DNA of 64,000 nucleotides from Vulcanimicrobiota bacterium (GTDB lineage: Bacteria > Vulcanimicrobiota > Vulcanimicrobiia > Vulcanimicrobiales > Vulcanimicrobiaceae), in the NCBI GenBank assembly GCA_963714015.1, contig OY970223.1:512001-576000 (forward strand), written 5' to 3'. Numbering within the stretch: the stretch's first letter is position 1; each line of letters begins with the position of its first letter. Below are positions 8,501-18,866 of this stretch, one piece after another. Under the pieces are notes generated by a model. The model saw nothing but the letters and a program-made list of their open reading frames with translations. It did not search any database and was not told the DNA's origin. A program made the translations under genes and the position numbers.

Positions 8501-10857
8501 GGGTTCCCTTGGGCTGGCTCAGGCAGTACGTCGATCTGCCGGCGGACGCGGGAAGGGTCGCCGAGATGCTCGCCGAGATCGGTTTTCCGGTCGACTCGAT
8601 AGAGCACCGGCCCCCGATCACCGGCGTAGTCTCCGGGCGGATTGCGCAGCTCGAGAAGCATCCGAACGCCGATCGCCTGCAAGTGGGCAAGATCGACGTC
8701 GGCAACGGAGCCGCTTTGACCATCGCAACGGCTGCGACGAACGTTGCACGGGGTCAAACGATTGCCGTTGCGACCATCGGCGCGCAGCTCCCGCATCTCA
8801 AGATCGAACGGCGCAAGATGCGCGGCGTTGAATCCGAAGGCATGATGATCTCCGCCGAAGAGCTCGCGCTGCCCGCGGAATGGTTCGAGGACGGAATCAT
8901 GCAGTTCGAAGCGGAGCTTGCCGCCGGAACCGACGTCGTCGAATACTTCAATCTCGGCGAGCCGGTGCTCGACGTGGAGGTGACGAGCAATCGCGTCGAC
9001 GCGCTGTGCGTCGTCGGCTTGGCGCGCGAACTGGCGGCATATCAGGGTGCTTCTCTGCGAATGCCGCCGCTGGACTATCATGTGTCGCCCGGCGGAGAAC
9101 CGGTGCGCGTGTCGCTGCAAAGCAGCGATTGTCACCGGTACGTCGCGCAAAGTTTCACCGGTATCCGCGTGGGCGTCTCGCCAGCGTGGATGCGCATCCG
9201 CCTCGCCCTTGCCGGCCAGCGTCCAATCAATAATATCGTCGACATTTCGAACTACGTCATGCTCGAGATGGGACAACCGCTGCACTTCTACGACGGCGAA
9301 AAGATCGCCGGCCGCCATATCATCGTGCGCGACGCCCATCCGGGCGAGCCTTTGGTCACGCTGGACGATGCAGAGCACGAGCTCTCGGCGCAGACGCTCG
9401 TCATCGCGGATGAGAGCGGCGCAATCGGCCTTGCCGGACTCAAAGGCGGTAAAAGCAGCGAAGTCTCTGACAAAACTTCAGAGATCGTACTCGAGGCGGC
9501 GAACTTCACCGGTGCGCGCGTGCGGCGCGCCGGCGCGCAACTCGGACTTCGCACCGACGCGGGCGCGAGACACGAAAAAGCGCTGCCGCTCGCTTTCACC
9601 GATTTGGGAGCGCAGCGTTCCGCACATCTGCTGACGGCTCAAGGCGCGCGCGCCCACGCACCGCAGGCTTTCGGCGAACCAATCGCCGTGCTGCCTCCAA
9701 TCCCGTTTGCGATCTCCGACGTCAAACGTCTCCTCGGCTTCGATCTCCCGCCGCAGGAGGCAATCGAATACCTCGATCGTTTGAGCTTCAAATCCGAGCT
9801 GCTCGCTGCGGGCGAGTTTGCGGTAACGCCGCCGCCATGGAGGCGCGACGTCGCTCTTTCCGCGGACTTGATCGAAGAGATCGCTCGCATGGCGGGCTAC
9901 GATCGCATTGCCGAAGTCATACCGCCCGTCGCTCAGCATGACATTTCCAGCAGCGGCTATGACTTGGAGAGCCGCATCGCGCACACTCTCGCTGCGCTGG
10001 GATATCAAGAAATCTGTTCCGTCGCCCTGCACGGCGCGCAGGTGTTCGAGCGGCTGGAACGAGGCGGCGTCACGCCGCCGGTTCGCCCGCTCGAGGTGCT
10101 CAATCCGCTCTCCGAGGATCAGCGGTATCTGCGCTATGCTTTGGGACCTGCAATGCTCGAGCATCTTGCGCGCACGGCACAACCGATCCGAATTTTCGAG
10201 ATCGGACACATTTTCTGGGACGACCAAGGACGGCCGGTCGAACAGCCCACCCTTGCATTCGGCATGACGGCCGAAACAATGGGCGAGGCCGATTGGCGCG
10301 ACGAGAACTTCCTGAAGATCAAAGGCGATGCGCTCGAACTGATCGCCGCGCTGACCGGACGGCGCGACGTCGACGCCGCACGCGACGTGCGCAACGGAAT
10401 GCACCCGGGTAAGACCGCCGTACTGCTGCTCGACGGTCGCGAGATTGCCTCATTCGGTGCGGTCGATCCCCGCGTGCTGCGAGCGTTCGACGTGCAGTTG
10501 CCGGCATACATGGTCAACGTCTTTCTGGACAACATTCCGGAATACCGGACTCCGCGGTACGCACCGCCGTCCAGGTATCCTTCGACATATCGCGATTTGG
10601 CGCTGCTCTGCGATCTCGATGTCGAGACGGCTGCACTCGAACGCGCAATCAAACGTTCCATCGGGCCCCTTTGCACGAAGGTGCGCGCGTTTGACGAATA
10701 TCGCGGCGCCGGACTCGGCCCGGGCAAAAAGAGTTTGGCAATTCGCGTAACGATGCAGCACGGCGACCGCACCATCACCGACGAGGAAGCTGATGCCGCG
10801 GTGCAGCGGGCGCTCGAAGCGCTCCGCGACGATCTCGGCGTTACGCTCCGGACTTAA
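8497..10857 (+). CDS. pheT: Phenylalanyl-tRNA synthetase beta subunit
   Basis: MRVPLGWLRQY, HPNADRL, RPINNIVDISNYV, HPGKTA, C-terminal anticodon-binding domain. Confidence 0.97.
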   Translation: MRVPLGWLRQYVDLPADAGRVAEMLAEIGFPVDSIEHRPPITGVVSGRIAQLEKHPNADRLQVGKIDVGNGAALTIATAATNVARGQTIAVATIGAQLPHLKIERRKMRGVESEGMMISAEELALPAEWFEDGIMQFEAELAAGTDVVEYFNLGEPVLDVEVTSNRVDALCVVGLARELAAYQGASLRMPPLDYHVSPGGEPVRVSLQSSDCHRYVAQSFTGIRVGVSPAWMRIRLALAGQRPINNIVDISNYVMLEMGQPLHFYDGEKIAGRHIIVRDAHPGEPLVTLDDAEHELSAQTLVIADESGAIGLAGLKGGKSSEVSDKTSEIVLEAANFTGARVRRAGAQLGLRTDAGARHEKALPLAFTDLGAQRSAHLLTAQGARAHAPQAFGEPIAVLPPIPFAISDVKRLLGFDLPPQEAIEYLDRLSFKSELLAAGEFAVTPPPWRRDVALSADLIEEIARMAGYDRIAEVIPPVAQHDISSSGYDLESRIAHTLAALGYQEICSVALHGAQVFERLERGGVTPPVRPLEVLNPLSEDQRYLRYALGPAMLEHLARTAQPIRIFEIGHIFWDDQGRPVEQPTLAFGMTAETMGEADWRDENFLKIKGDALELIAALTGRRDVDAARDVRNGMHPGKTAVLLLDGREIASFGAVDPRVLRAFDVQLPAYMVNVFLDNIPEYRTPRYAPPSRYPSTYRDLALLCDLDVETAALERAIKRSIGPLCTKVRAFDEYRGAGLGPGKKSLAIRVTMQHGDRTITDEEADAAVQRALEALRDDLGVTLRT

Positions 10858-10865
10858 GGTACGCC

Positions 10866-11396
10866 ATGAGCTGGCCGGATATTCTGATAGCCGCGGTGCT
10901 TCTAATCGCCGTTCTTAAAGGCTATAAGCGCGGGTTCATCATGGAGCTGGCGGGCTTCATCGCTTTGGCGCTGGCGCTTATCACGCCATGGCTGTACCCG
11001 GGCACGTTCGACGGAACCATTCGCCAACTGCTGCACTTGGGACCAGGCTCGGCGCACGTCGTCGCGATGTTCGCGGTGGGTATCGCCACATACGTCGCCA
11101 TAATGATTTTGGCGCGAATCTTGAGCACTATCGCCAAGCTCCCGATCATCGGCCTTGGGAACGCGCTTGCGGGCGCGGCGGTGGGCCTCGCCAAGGGACT
11201 AATCGGGCTTTGGCTCGTGCTCTACATCGCGCTGTTCTTCCCACTCTCGGCCGACATTCGACAAGGCTTGCAGCGCTCGGTCCTCGTCGGAATCATTACC
11301 ATGCCCGACGACTACGTCGACAGCCGGATTAGCGCGACGCTCCCATGGTTTGCGCATCCTGTAGCCGATCCGATATTTGCGCGGCATCACGTTTAG
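10866..11396 (+). CDS. CvpA family membrane protein
   Basis: DILI...GYKRGFIMEL, NALAGAAVGLAKG; four TM segments. Confidence 0.85.
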   Translation: MSWPDILIAAVLLIAVLKGYKRGFIMELAGFIALALALITPWLYPGTFDGTIRQLLHLGPGSAHVVAMFAVGIATYVAIMILARILSTIAKLPIIGLGNALAGAAVGLAKGLIGLWLVLYIALFFPLSADIRQGLQRSVLVGIITMPDDYVDSRISATLPWFAHPVADPIFARHHV

Positions 11397-12555
11397 CGCC
11401 GCCCGTCAAGTCCAGAAACACTCTCAGCGCGGCCTGGACGCCTGCGCCGACATGCACCGGAACTTCGTATTCGAGCAGAGCCATTTCGAGCGCACCGATT
11501 GCGCCGAGCACGTCGATTTGAGAGACGTCGCCCATCGTTCCCATGCGCACGATCTTGCCCTTGAGATCGAGCTGCCCGCCGGATAGTGAAACGCCGCGCT
11601 CTTCGCGCAGTTTGCGCAGAAGCGTTGCTGCGTCGACTCCTTGGGGAACGCAGCCCGCCACCACGGTTACCGAATGCGCGTCGGGCTCGGAGAAGACGCG
11701 CAGCCCCAGCGCTTCGAACGCGGCGCGAATCGCTTGCGCGTAGATTGCATGGCGTTTGCGAACGTTTTCCGCGCCTTCGTTATGATAGTGTGCGAGCGCG
11801 GCGTCCAACGCAAAGAGCACCGAAACCGGAGGCGTCCAAGGCGTTTGTCCCTGCCGTGAAAACTCTCGCGCCTTGAGCAGGTCGAAGTAGAACCGCGCCG
11901 TGCGTGAAGATTCGATCGCTTGCCATGCGCGCGGACTCACGGCAACCATTGCAGCTCCGGGGGGCGCCGCCAGAACCTTCTGCGTGGCGGTTACGACGAC
12001 GTCGTACCCCCATTCGTCCATGCGGAAATCGTCGGCACCCAAACCGCTGACGGAGTCGACGATCGTCAGCGCACCATGCTCCCTTACGATCGTCGCCAGG
12101 CGCTTCATATCGTTTTGCACGCCGGTCGACGTCTCGTTGTGCGTGAGCAGAATGCCCTTATAGCGGCGCTTCGCGTCGCCTCGCAACGCGCCGGCGAGCG
12201 CCTCCGGATCCAGCGCGCTGCCGAGCTCCGTCTCCAGCGTATCGACCTCGATACCGAACGTTTTTGCGATTGCGACCATACGCCGTCCGAAGACGCCGAC
12301 GGGTGCTGCCAAAATCGTATCGCCCGGCGAGAACGTGCTCGCGATGGCCGCTTCCAATCCTCCGGTGCCCGAGGATCCCAGAAGCAGAATATCGGCGGAC
12401 TCCGTGCCGTAAATCGGGCGCAAGCCCTCGTCGATGCGCTTGACCAGCGCGGCAAACTGCGGACCGCGGTGGTCGATGAGCGGCTTGCTCATCGCCGCCA
12501 GCACGGACTCGGGCACGGTTACCGGCCCAGGTATGAAGAGCAGATTCTTTTTCAT
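11329..12555 (-). CDS. Class V PLP aminotransferase (alanine-glyoxylate/serine-pyruvate type)
   Basis: LFIPGP, HNETSTGV, VDSVSG, TATQK (PLP Lys), RMGTMG. Confidence 0.92.
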   Translation of the reverse strand: MKKNLLFIPGPVTVPESVLAAMSKPLIDHRGPQFAALVKRIDEGLRPIYGTESADILLLGSSGTGGLEAAIASTFSPGDTILAAPVGVFGRRMVAIAKTFGIEVDTLETELGSALDPEALAGALRGDAKRRYKGILLTHNETSTGVQNDMKRLATIVREHGALTIVDSVSGLGADDFRMDEWGYDVVVTATQKVLAAPPGAAMVAVSPRAWQAIESSRTARFYFDLLKAREFSRQGQTPWTPPVSVLFALDAALAHYHNEGAENVRKRHAIYAQAIRAAFEALGLRVFSEPDAHSVTVVAGCVPQGVDAATLLRKLREERGVSLSGGQLDLKGKIVRMGTMGDVSQIDVLGAIGALEMALLEYEVPVHVGAGVQAALRVFLDLTGGAKRDAAQISDRLQDAQTMGASR

Positions 12556-12556
12556 T

Positions 12557-12903
12557 TTGAAAGGCGCTTCGCTTCGAGCTCCGCGCCCCCCGCTGACGCG
12601 GGGCCCCCCTTACCGCACGGCGCGTAAAGCTTCTGCTCAACGTACGCCTCCCCGAGGGCGCCGCCAAGATCGCGCGGAATTGAAAGGCGCTTCGCTTCGA
12701 GCTCCGCGCCCCCCGCTGACGCGGGGCCCCCCTTACCGCACGGCGCGTAAAGCTTCTGCTCGACGTACGCCTCCCCGAGGGCGCCGCCAAGATCGCGGAA
12801 TTGAAAGGCGCTTCGCTTCGAGCTCCGCGCCCCCCGCTGACACGGGGCCCCCCTTACCGCACGGCGCGTAAAGCTTCTGCTCAACGTACGCCTCCCCGAG
12901 GGC
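12557..12903. repeat. Tandem repeat array, ~2.8 copies of a 121-123 bp GC-rich structured unit
   Basis: Units start TTGAAAGGCGCTTCGCTTCGAGCTCCGCG at 12557, 12680 and 12801; they differ by two substitutions and a 2-nt indel. Confidence 0.97.
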
Positions 12904-12946
12904 CCGCGGGCACCCAGCGGGGGGTCCGGAACGTGAAGCGAAGCGC
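12808..12946. mobile_element. Putative non-autonomous (MITE/REP-like) element with ~32-bp imperfect terminal inverted repeats
   Basis: Left end GCGCTTCGCTTCgagcTCCGcgCCCCCCGCTG pairs with right end CAGCGGGGGGtcCGGAacgtGAAGCGAAGCGC; no transposase or clear target-site duplication. Confidence 0.45.
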
Positions 12947-12953
12947 ATGGCAA

Positions 12954-13991
12954 ATGGACCTGACCGACATCAAGCTGACCGAGTTCGCAGCCTGCGCGGG
13001 TTGAGCGAGTAAACTCGGCTCGTCCGAGCTGGCGCAGGTCCTGCGCCGTTTACCGCAATCCGCCGACGCTAACGTGATCGTCGGTTTTAATACAGCCGAC
13101 GATGCCGGCGTCTACCGGCTGACCGACGATCTTGCCATCGTGCAGACCGTCGATTTTTTCACGCCCATCGTGGATGATCCGTACGACTTCGGACGCATTG
13201 CGGCGGCCAACGCGCTCTCGGACGTCTATGCGATGGGCGCAAAGCCGATCAGCGCATTGAACATTGCCGCTTTCCCTAGTGAAACGATCGACGTTGCGAT
13301 ACTCGAACGAATACTGCAAGGCGGCTCGGCTATCGCGCAGCAAGCGGGCGTTGCCATCCTCGGCGGCCATACAATCAAAGACAGCGAGCCCAAGTACGGC
13401 ATGGCGGTAACCGGAACGATCGATCCCGCAAACATCGTTACGAACGGGAACGCTCGCCCCGGGGATATCCTGCTTCTAACCAAACCCCTCGGGACGGGCG
13501 TTCTCTCCACCGCCCTTAAACAACGAACTATTACGCCGGAGCGCATGCAGCGCGCGGTCGAGTGGATGGTTCTGCTCAACGATCGTGCCTCGCTCGCAAT
13601 GGTTGCGGCGAACGCGCATGCGGCGACCGACATAACAGGTTACGGCTTGCTTGGGCACGCCGGTGAGATGATGCGAGCGTCAGCGATCAATTTGCGACTG
13701 TTTGCGCAGAGTGTTCCGCTCATGGAAGGCGTCCTCGAACTGATCGAGTCGGGCTGCGTTCCGGGCGGAACGAAGGACAACGCCAGAGCCCATAGCGAGT
13801 TCACCACGTTCGGTTCGGCCGTTGGTCCGGAGATGCGGCTGGCCCTCTCGGACGCGCAAACGTCGGGCGGCCTATTGATTGCGCTGCCCGCAGAGAACGT
13901 GGAAACGTTCCGTTCTCATTTGGCAGGTTCCGGCTCGCTGTGCGCCGTTATCGGGGAAGTACGTCCCGGTGAGGGCATCACTGTCGAGTAA
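12954..13991 (+). CDS. selD: Selenide, water dikinase (selenophosphate synthetase), selenoprotein form
   Basis: MDLTDIKLTEFAACAG-TGA(13002-13004)-ASKLG is in frame with ORF 13074..13991 (DDAGVY, QTVDFFTPIVDDPYDFG, TDITGYGLLGH, DAQTSGGLL). Confidence 0.95.
13005..13047 (+). promoter_or_regulatory. Bacterial SECIS-like element
   Basis: Hairpin GGCGCAG-GTC-CTGCGCC (13031-13047) shortly after the in-frame UGA; apical GCAGGUC resembles the E. coli fdhF SECIS. Confidence 0.75.
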
Positions 13992-15357
13992 GAGCGCACT
14001 CCGCGCCAGCTCCAACTACAAATGGTACGCGCTTGCCTCCGTCATGTTGGGGACGTTCATGTCACCGCTCGACGCGAGCATTGCAAACGTAGCGCTGCCC
14101 ACGATTTCTCACGCATTCGGCGTCCCCGTCGACAGCGTCGAATGGGTGCTTATATCGTACATGCTCGTAACGTCGTCGACGCTCGTGCTTTTCGGACGCC
14201 TCGGCGATCTCATCGGTCAAAAGCAGGTGTACATCATCGGCTTTGCGATCTTCGGTCTTTCGTCGCTGGCGTGTGCGTTTGCGCCCGGTTTCGTTGCGCT
14301 GATCGGAGCGCGCGCGGTCCAGGGCATCGGCTCGGCCATGCTCATGTCGTCTAGTCCGGCGATCATCACCGGCGCGTTTCCGGCCTCCCAGCGCGGACGC
14401 GCGATCGGCCTGAACGGCGCCGCGGTCGCATTGGGCCTTTCGATGGGGCCGCTGCTCGGCGGTTTGATCATCACATACTGGAATTGGCGCTGGATATTCT
14501 TGATCAACGTGCCGATCTCGATCCTCGCGCTGCTCATCTGCGCTTTCGTGCTCCGGCGTGAAGAGCGGCAAGCCGAGCGATTCGACTTCGCCGGCTCGTT
14601 CATTGCCTTCACGACATTGCTTGCTCTTTCGCTCGCCCTCTCGCGCGCCCACGTCTGGGGCTGGGGCTCCGCACCGACAATAGTACTGCTCGTTTACGCC
14701 GTCATTGGAGCGTTCATGTTCTACGTGGTGGAGTGCCGCGTGAGCGCGCCGATGATGGATATGGAACTCTTCAAGGACCGCACGTTTGCGTTCTCAGTCC
14801 TCGCAGCGACGCTTTATTTTTGCGCGATGTACTGCGTGATATTCATCATACCGCTGACGGCCCAAACTGCTCTGGGACGAACGGCGTTGCAGGCCGGGTT
14901 ACTGCTGCTTCCCATATCCGCGCTGAACGTAGTTCTGGCACCGGTGGCGGGCGCGCTCTCCGACCGGATTGCGGCGCGCTACATCTCCACAGCGGGAGCG
15001 CTTGTATTCTTGGCGGGAACACTCATGCTCGCCCTTCAGCCGGTGCATCCGGCGATGACGATGCTTTATCTTTCACTCGTGGTCGCCGGAGCGGGCACTG
15101 CAGTCTTCAGTCAGCCCAATAACAGCGCGATTATGGGACACGCGCCGCCAAACCGGCGTGGGATTGCCGCGGGAATTCTGGCGACGGCGCGCACCTCCGG
15201 ACAGCTGCTCGGCGTCAGCGTTGCCGGCGCCATCTACTTTCTTCGTTCGCAGCAACTGGGGCCGCTCGCTCACACATACGCGCCGGCAAAGGACGTATTC
15301 TTCGCGGTCACTGCAATCATGATCGCGGTGGCCGTGGTATCCTTCAAGCGTGAGTGA
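13969..15357 (+). CDS. MFS transporter, DHA2 (EmrB/QacA) family
   Basis: [35 protein letters not shown] start at 13969 is inferred. Confidence 0.9.
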   Translation: MRASLSSKSALRASSNYKWYALASVMLGTFMSPLDASIANVALPTISHAFGVPVDSVEWVLISYMLVTSSTLVLFGRLGDLIGQKQVYIIGFAIFGLSSLACAFAPGFVALIGARAVQGIGSAMLMSSSPAIITGAFPASQRGRAIGLNGAAVALGLSMGPLLGGLIITYWNWRWIFLINVPISILALLICAFVLRREERQAERFDFAGSFIAFTTLLALSLALSRAHVWGWGSAPTIVLLVYAVIGAFMFYVVECRVSAPMMDMELFKDRTFAFSVLAATLYFCAMYCVIFIIPLTAQTALGRTALQAGLLLLPISALNVVLAPVAGALSDRIAARYISTAGALVFLAGTLMLALQPVHPAMTMLYLSLVVAGAGTAVFSQPNNSAIMGHAPPNRRGIAAGILATARTSGQLLGVSVAGAIYFLRSQQLGPLAHTYAPAKDVFFAVTAIMIAVAVVSFKRE

Positions 15358-16859
15358 GAAGCGCGCAATCCTCGCACTCGACCAAGGCACGACCAGCTCG
15401 CGCGCATTTGTTTTCGATCGCCAAGCGCGCATTTTGGGCAGCGCTCAGCGCGAGCTTTCGCAGACCTATCCGCAGCCCGGTTGGATCGAGCATGACCCGC
15501 TGGAAATTTGGAATTCGCAACTCGCAACGGCGCGAGAGGCGCTCGAGCGTTCCGGGATTTCCGGAGACGACGTGGCCGCAATCGGAATCACGAATCAGCG
15601 CGAGACGACGATCGTCTGGGATCGAAAGACCGGTAAACCGTGGTGCAATGCCATCGTCTGGCAGGATCGCCGCACCGCGGGCCTTTGTGCGCAGTTGCGG
15701 GAGCGCGGCCGGGAGGCAATGGTGCGCGAACGCACCGGACTGGTGATCGATCCGTATTTCTCCGCGTCGAAAATTCAATGGATTCTGGAGAACGTCGAGG
15801 ATCTGCGCGAGCACGCCGAGCGTGGGGAAGTCTCTTTCGGAACGGTCGATGCGTGGCTGATCTGGAACTTGACGGCCGGGCGCGCGCACGCTACCGACGT
15901 CACCAACGCGTCGCGGACGATGTTGTTCGACATCCGCAATCTGCGCTGGGACGAGGAGTCTGTCAGCTCCTTCTCGATTCCGCAGGCTATGCTTCCCGAC
16001 GTTCTCCCGACCACGGCGGAATACGGGCGGACCGATAGAGCGCTGTTCGGATCGCCGATTCCGATTTGCGCGGCAGCGGGCGACCAGCAGGCGGCGCTCG
16101 CAGGTCAAGCCGGATTCGCTGAAGGTTCCGCAAAAAACACATACGGAACCGGATCGTTCCTCGTTTTGAATACCGGCGATCGGATCGTCCGCAGCGAGCA
16201 CGGATTGATTGCGACGATCGCCCTGGGATTGCAGCCCGGTCACGCCGCATACGCGCTGGAAGGTTCCGTGTTCGTTACGGGAGCCGCCGTTCAGTGGCTC
16301 AGGGACGAGCTGAAGTTCTTCGAACGAGCAAGTGAAATAGCGGCATTGGCCTCGAGCGTGAGTGACTCGGGCGGCGTATTTTTCGTTCCGGCATTTACCG
16401 GCCTCGGCGCGCCTTATTGGGACCCCAACGCACGCGGGACGATGATAGGACTCACTCGTGGAACGACGCGCGCGCATATCGCAAGGGCCGCGCTGGAAGC
16501 CATCGCGTTCCAAACCTGCGACGTGATCGACGCAATGCGGCAAGACTCGGGCATCGTGCTCGAGGAGTTGCGCGTCGACGGAGGCGCTTCTACGCAACGA
16601 TTTGTTGATGCAGATTCAAGCAGATCTCCTCAACTGCTGCGTCGTTCGCCCTTCCGTCTCGGAGACGACCGCGCTCGGCGCGGCGTATCTGGCGGGCCTG
16701 CAGTGCGGCTTTTGGCCCGACGTCGAGTCGATCGTCTCCCACTGGAAAGAGGCCGCGCGGTTCGAGCCGCACATCTCCGAAGATCGACGCGCTGCGGCGC
16801 TTAAGCATTGGCGGCGCGCCGTCGAGCGCGCGCGCGGCTGGATTGCCGACGGAGAATGA
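15350..16859 (+). CDS. glpK: Glycerol kinase (+1 frameshift near 16592)
   Basis: [32 protein letters not shown], then [10 protein letters not shown]...ETTALGAA in the +1 frame (ORF 16602..16859). Confidence 0.93.
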
Positions 16860-18256
16860 ATCGGGCGCTCGCCCTGAATCGACTGCAATCCGAGCGGTTC
16901 GACGTTCTGGTCATCGGCGGCGGAGCCACCGGTCTTGGCTGTGCGCTCGATGCAGCATCGCGCGGTTATTTGACGGCGCTCATCGAGGCAGAAGACTTTG
17001 CCAAAGCGACCTCGAGCAGATCGACGAAGCTGATTCACGGCGGCGTTCGCTATCTGCGCCAAGGGAACTTTTCGCTCGTTCGCGAGGCGCTTTTGGAACG
17101 TGCGCGTATCCTTGAAAACGCCCCGGATTACGTCCATTCGCTGGAGTTTTTCGTCCCCGCACGGCATCTTCTCGAGAGTTTGTATTATGCTGCGGGGCTA
17201 AAACTCTACGACGTTCTTTCAGGCGGCCGCGCCTTTCCCGCCAGCCGCTCGGTGCGCGGCGGTGTGACGTATTGGGATGCGCAATTCGACGACGCTCGCA
17301 TGGCGATTGCACTGGCGCGTACCGCGCACGGTCAGGGAGCGGCCATTGCAAATTACGCCGCCGTTACCGCAATTCACTACGAACGAGGACGGGTGGCGGG
17401 CGCGCAAGCATTCGATCGCGAGAGCGGCACCTCTTTTACGATACGAGCCCGCAGCGTAGTCAACGCGGGCGGAATTTTCGTCGATCGTCTTCGCGAACTG
17501 GACGAGCCGTCGTGTGATCCGCTGCTCGCGTTCAGTCGCGGAACCCACATCGTCGCCGATCTCGCTTTTCTGCACGATCCCAAGCGCGCGGTGCTGGTAC
17601 CGCGAACTGCAGACGGACGCGTGCTCTTTGCGATTCCTTGGCTGGGGCGCGCGTTGATCGGGACGACCGATATCGCAGCGGAAAAGGCCGAGTACGATCC
17701 GGTTCCGGCTCCCGCCGAGATCGAGTATTTGATCGCGACGGCTAGTCCTTACCTCGCCCGGCCGATCGCGCGCAGCGATGTGCGCAGCGCTTTCACCGGT
17801 CTGCGCCCTTTGCTCCGCGCGCCCGCCTCGGCCACGTCTCATCTTTCCCGCGAGCACGCCGTGGTCGTTTCAAAAAACGGATTGGTGACGATTGCAGGCG
17901 GCAAATGGACGACGTACCGGAAGATGGCGCAGAGCGCCGTCGACGCCGCCGCGCAAACCGCAGAGTTGAATTTTGCGCCATGCCGAACCGCGCAGTTGCG
18001 CTTGTGCAACGATGAGATGCCGGCGAATCCGGCACTGCAGCTCGCCCACGCCGTGAAAAACGAGATGGCGCGGACGGTCGAGGATTTTTTGGCGCGCCGT
18101 ACGAGGCTGTTGTTCTTGGACGCGCGCACAGCGATCGCACAAGCGCCGCAAGTTTCTACCGCACTTGCGCAGCTGATGGGCTTCGGGCAAAGTTGGGCTG
18201 CCGAGCAATCCGCCGCCTTTGTTAAAATTGCGCGGAATTATACATTGAACACGTAG
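16856..18256 (+). CDS. glpD: FAD-dependent glycerol-3-phosphate dehydrogenase
   Basis: FDVLVIGGGATG, TSSRSTKLIHGGVRYL, GGKWTTYRKMA; ATGA coupling to glpK. Confidence 0.93.
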   Translation: MNRALALNRLQSERFDVLVIGGGATGLGCALDAASRGYLTALIEAEDFAKATSSRSTKLIHGGVRYLRQGNFSLVREALLERARILENAPDYVHSLEFFVPARHLLESLYYAAGLKLYDVLSGGRAFPASRSVRGGVTYWDAQFDDARMAIALARTAHGQGAAIANYAAVTAIHYERGRVAGAQAFDRESGTSFTIRARSVVNAGGIFVDRLRELDEPSCDPLLAFSRGTHIVADLAFLHDPKRAVLVPRTADGRVLFAIPWLGRALIGTTDIAAEKAEYDPVPAPAEIEYLIATASPYLARPIARSDVRSAFTGLRPLLRAPASATSHLSREHAVVVSKNGLVTIAGGKWTTYRKMAQSAVDAAAQTAELNFAPCRTAQLRLCNDEMPANPALQLAHAVKNEMARTVEDFLARRTRLLFLDARTAIAQAPQVSTALAQLMGFGQSWAAEQSAAFVKIARNYTLNT

Positions 18257-18308
18257 GGGCCGCCCGGCGTCCGGTGGGAGAAGGGCAGGTCGAGGCGAAG
18301 ACCGCCGC

Positions 18309-18866
18309 ATGATCGATCGCAGCGGCGCCTCGGTCGCCCAGCTCGCCGCCAGCCTGTCTCGCGCGCGGTCGGGCGAAGCACCGGACGCGGAAGTGATCCA
18401 GTGGCTTCGCGCTGTTGCCGAGACGGCCCGATTAATTCCGCTGCCCAAAATCTGCGATCCCCGCCGAACCTACGGACGCACCCTGCTGCACCGCTGCGAG
18501 AACTTCGAAATTTTAGTGTTGCACTGGCAGCCGCATTCCGTTTCGGCGATTCACGATCACGGCGGTTCCCGGTGCTGGTTCGCCGTATCGCAAGGCACGA
18601 TGGGCGTCGAGAATTTCGTGCGTCGCGATTCCGGAGCGACGCCGGGATTCGCAAAGATTGGATTCGAGGGGCGAGAGTTGCTCTCGGGAGGCGCGATCGA
18701 TTACCGCCAAGACGACGTTCATTTACACCGCTGTTTTGCGGGCGAGGATCGGGTCGTGACGCTGCACGTGTACGCGCGTCCGATCGATCGCTTTCATACG
18801 TTCGACGAACGCGCGGATCGCTGCAGCGATGCGGCCTCTACCTACGACGCGATACTGAACGCTTAA
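18309..18866 (+). CDS. Cysteine dioxygenase family cupin
   Basis: YGRTLL, SAIHDHG, LHR, TLHVY motifs. Confidence 0.85.
   Translation: MIDRSGASVAQLAASLSRARSGEAPDAEVIQWLRAVAETARLIPLPKICDPRRTYGRTLLHRCENFEILVLHWQPHSVSAIHDHGGSRCWFAVSQGTMGVENFVRRDSGATPGFAKIGFEGRELLSGGAIDYRQDDVHLHRCFAGEDRVVTLHVYARPIDRFHTFDERADRCSDAASTYDAILNA

Noticed and set aside
11329..12555. Selenocysteine lyase/NifS role for the aminotransferase next to selD
   Set aside because: Motifs fit the serine-pyruvate/alanine-glyoxylate subgroup; no NifS/SufS catalytic Cys loop
12557..12946. CRISPR array interpretation of the repeats
   Set aside because: Units are ~122 bp and near-identical throughout, with no unique spacers and no cas genes in the window
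12158..12953. ORFs running through the repeat array (e.g. ALGEAYVEQKLYAPCGKGGP repeats)
   Set aside because: Unit lengths of 123 and 121 bp do not preserve frame; these are by-products of GC-rich repeats
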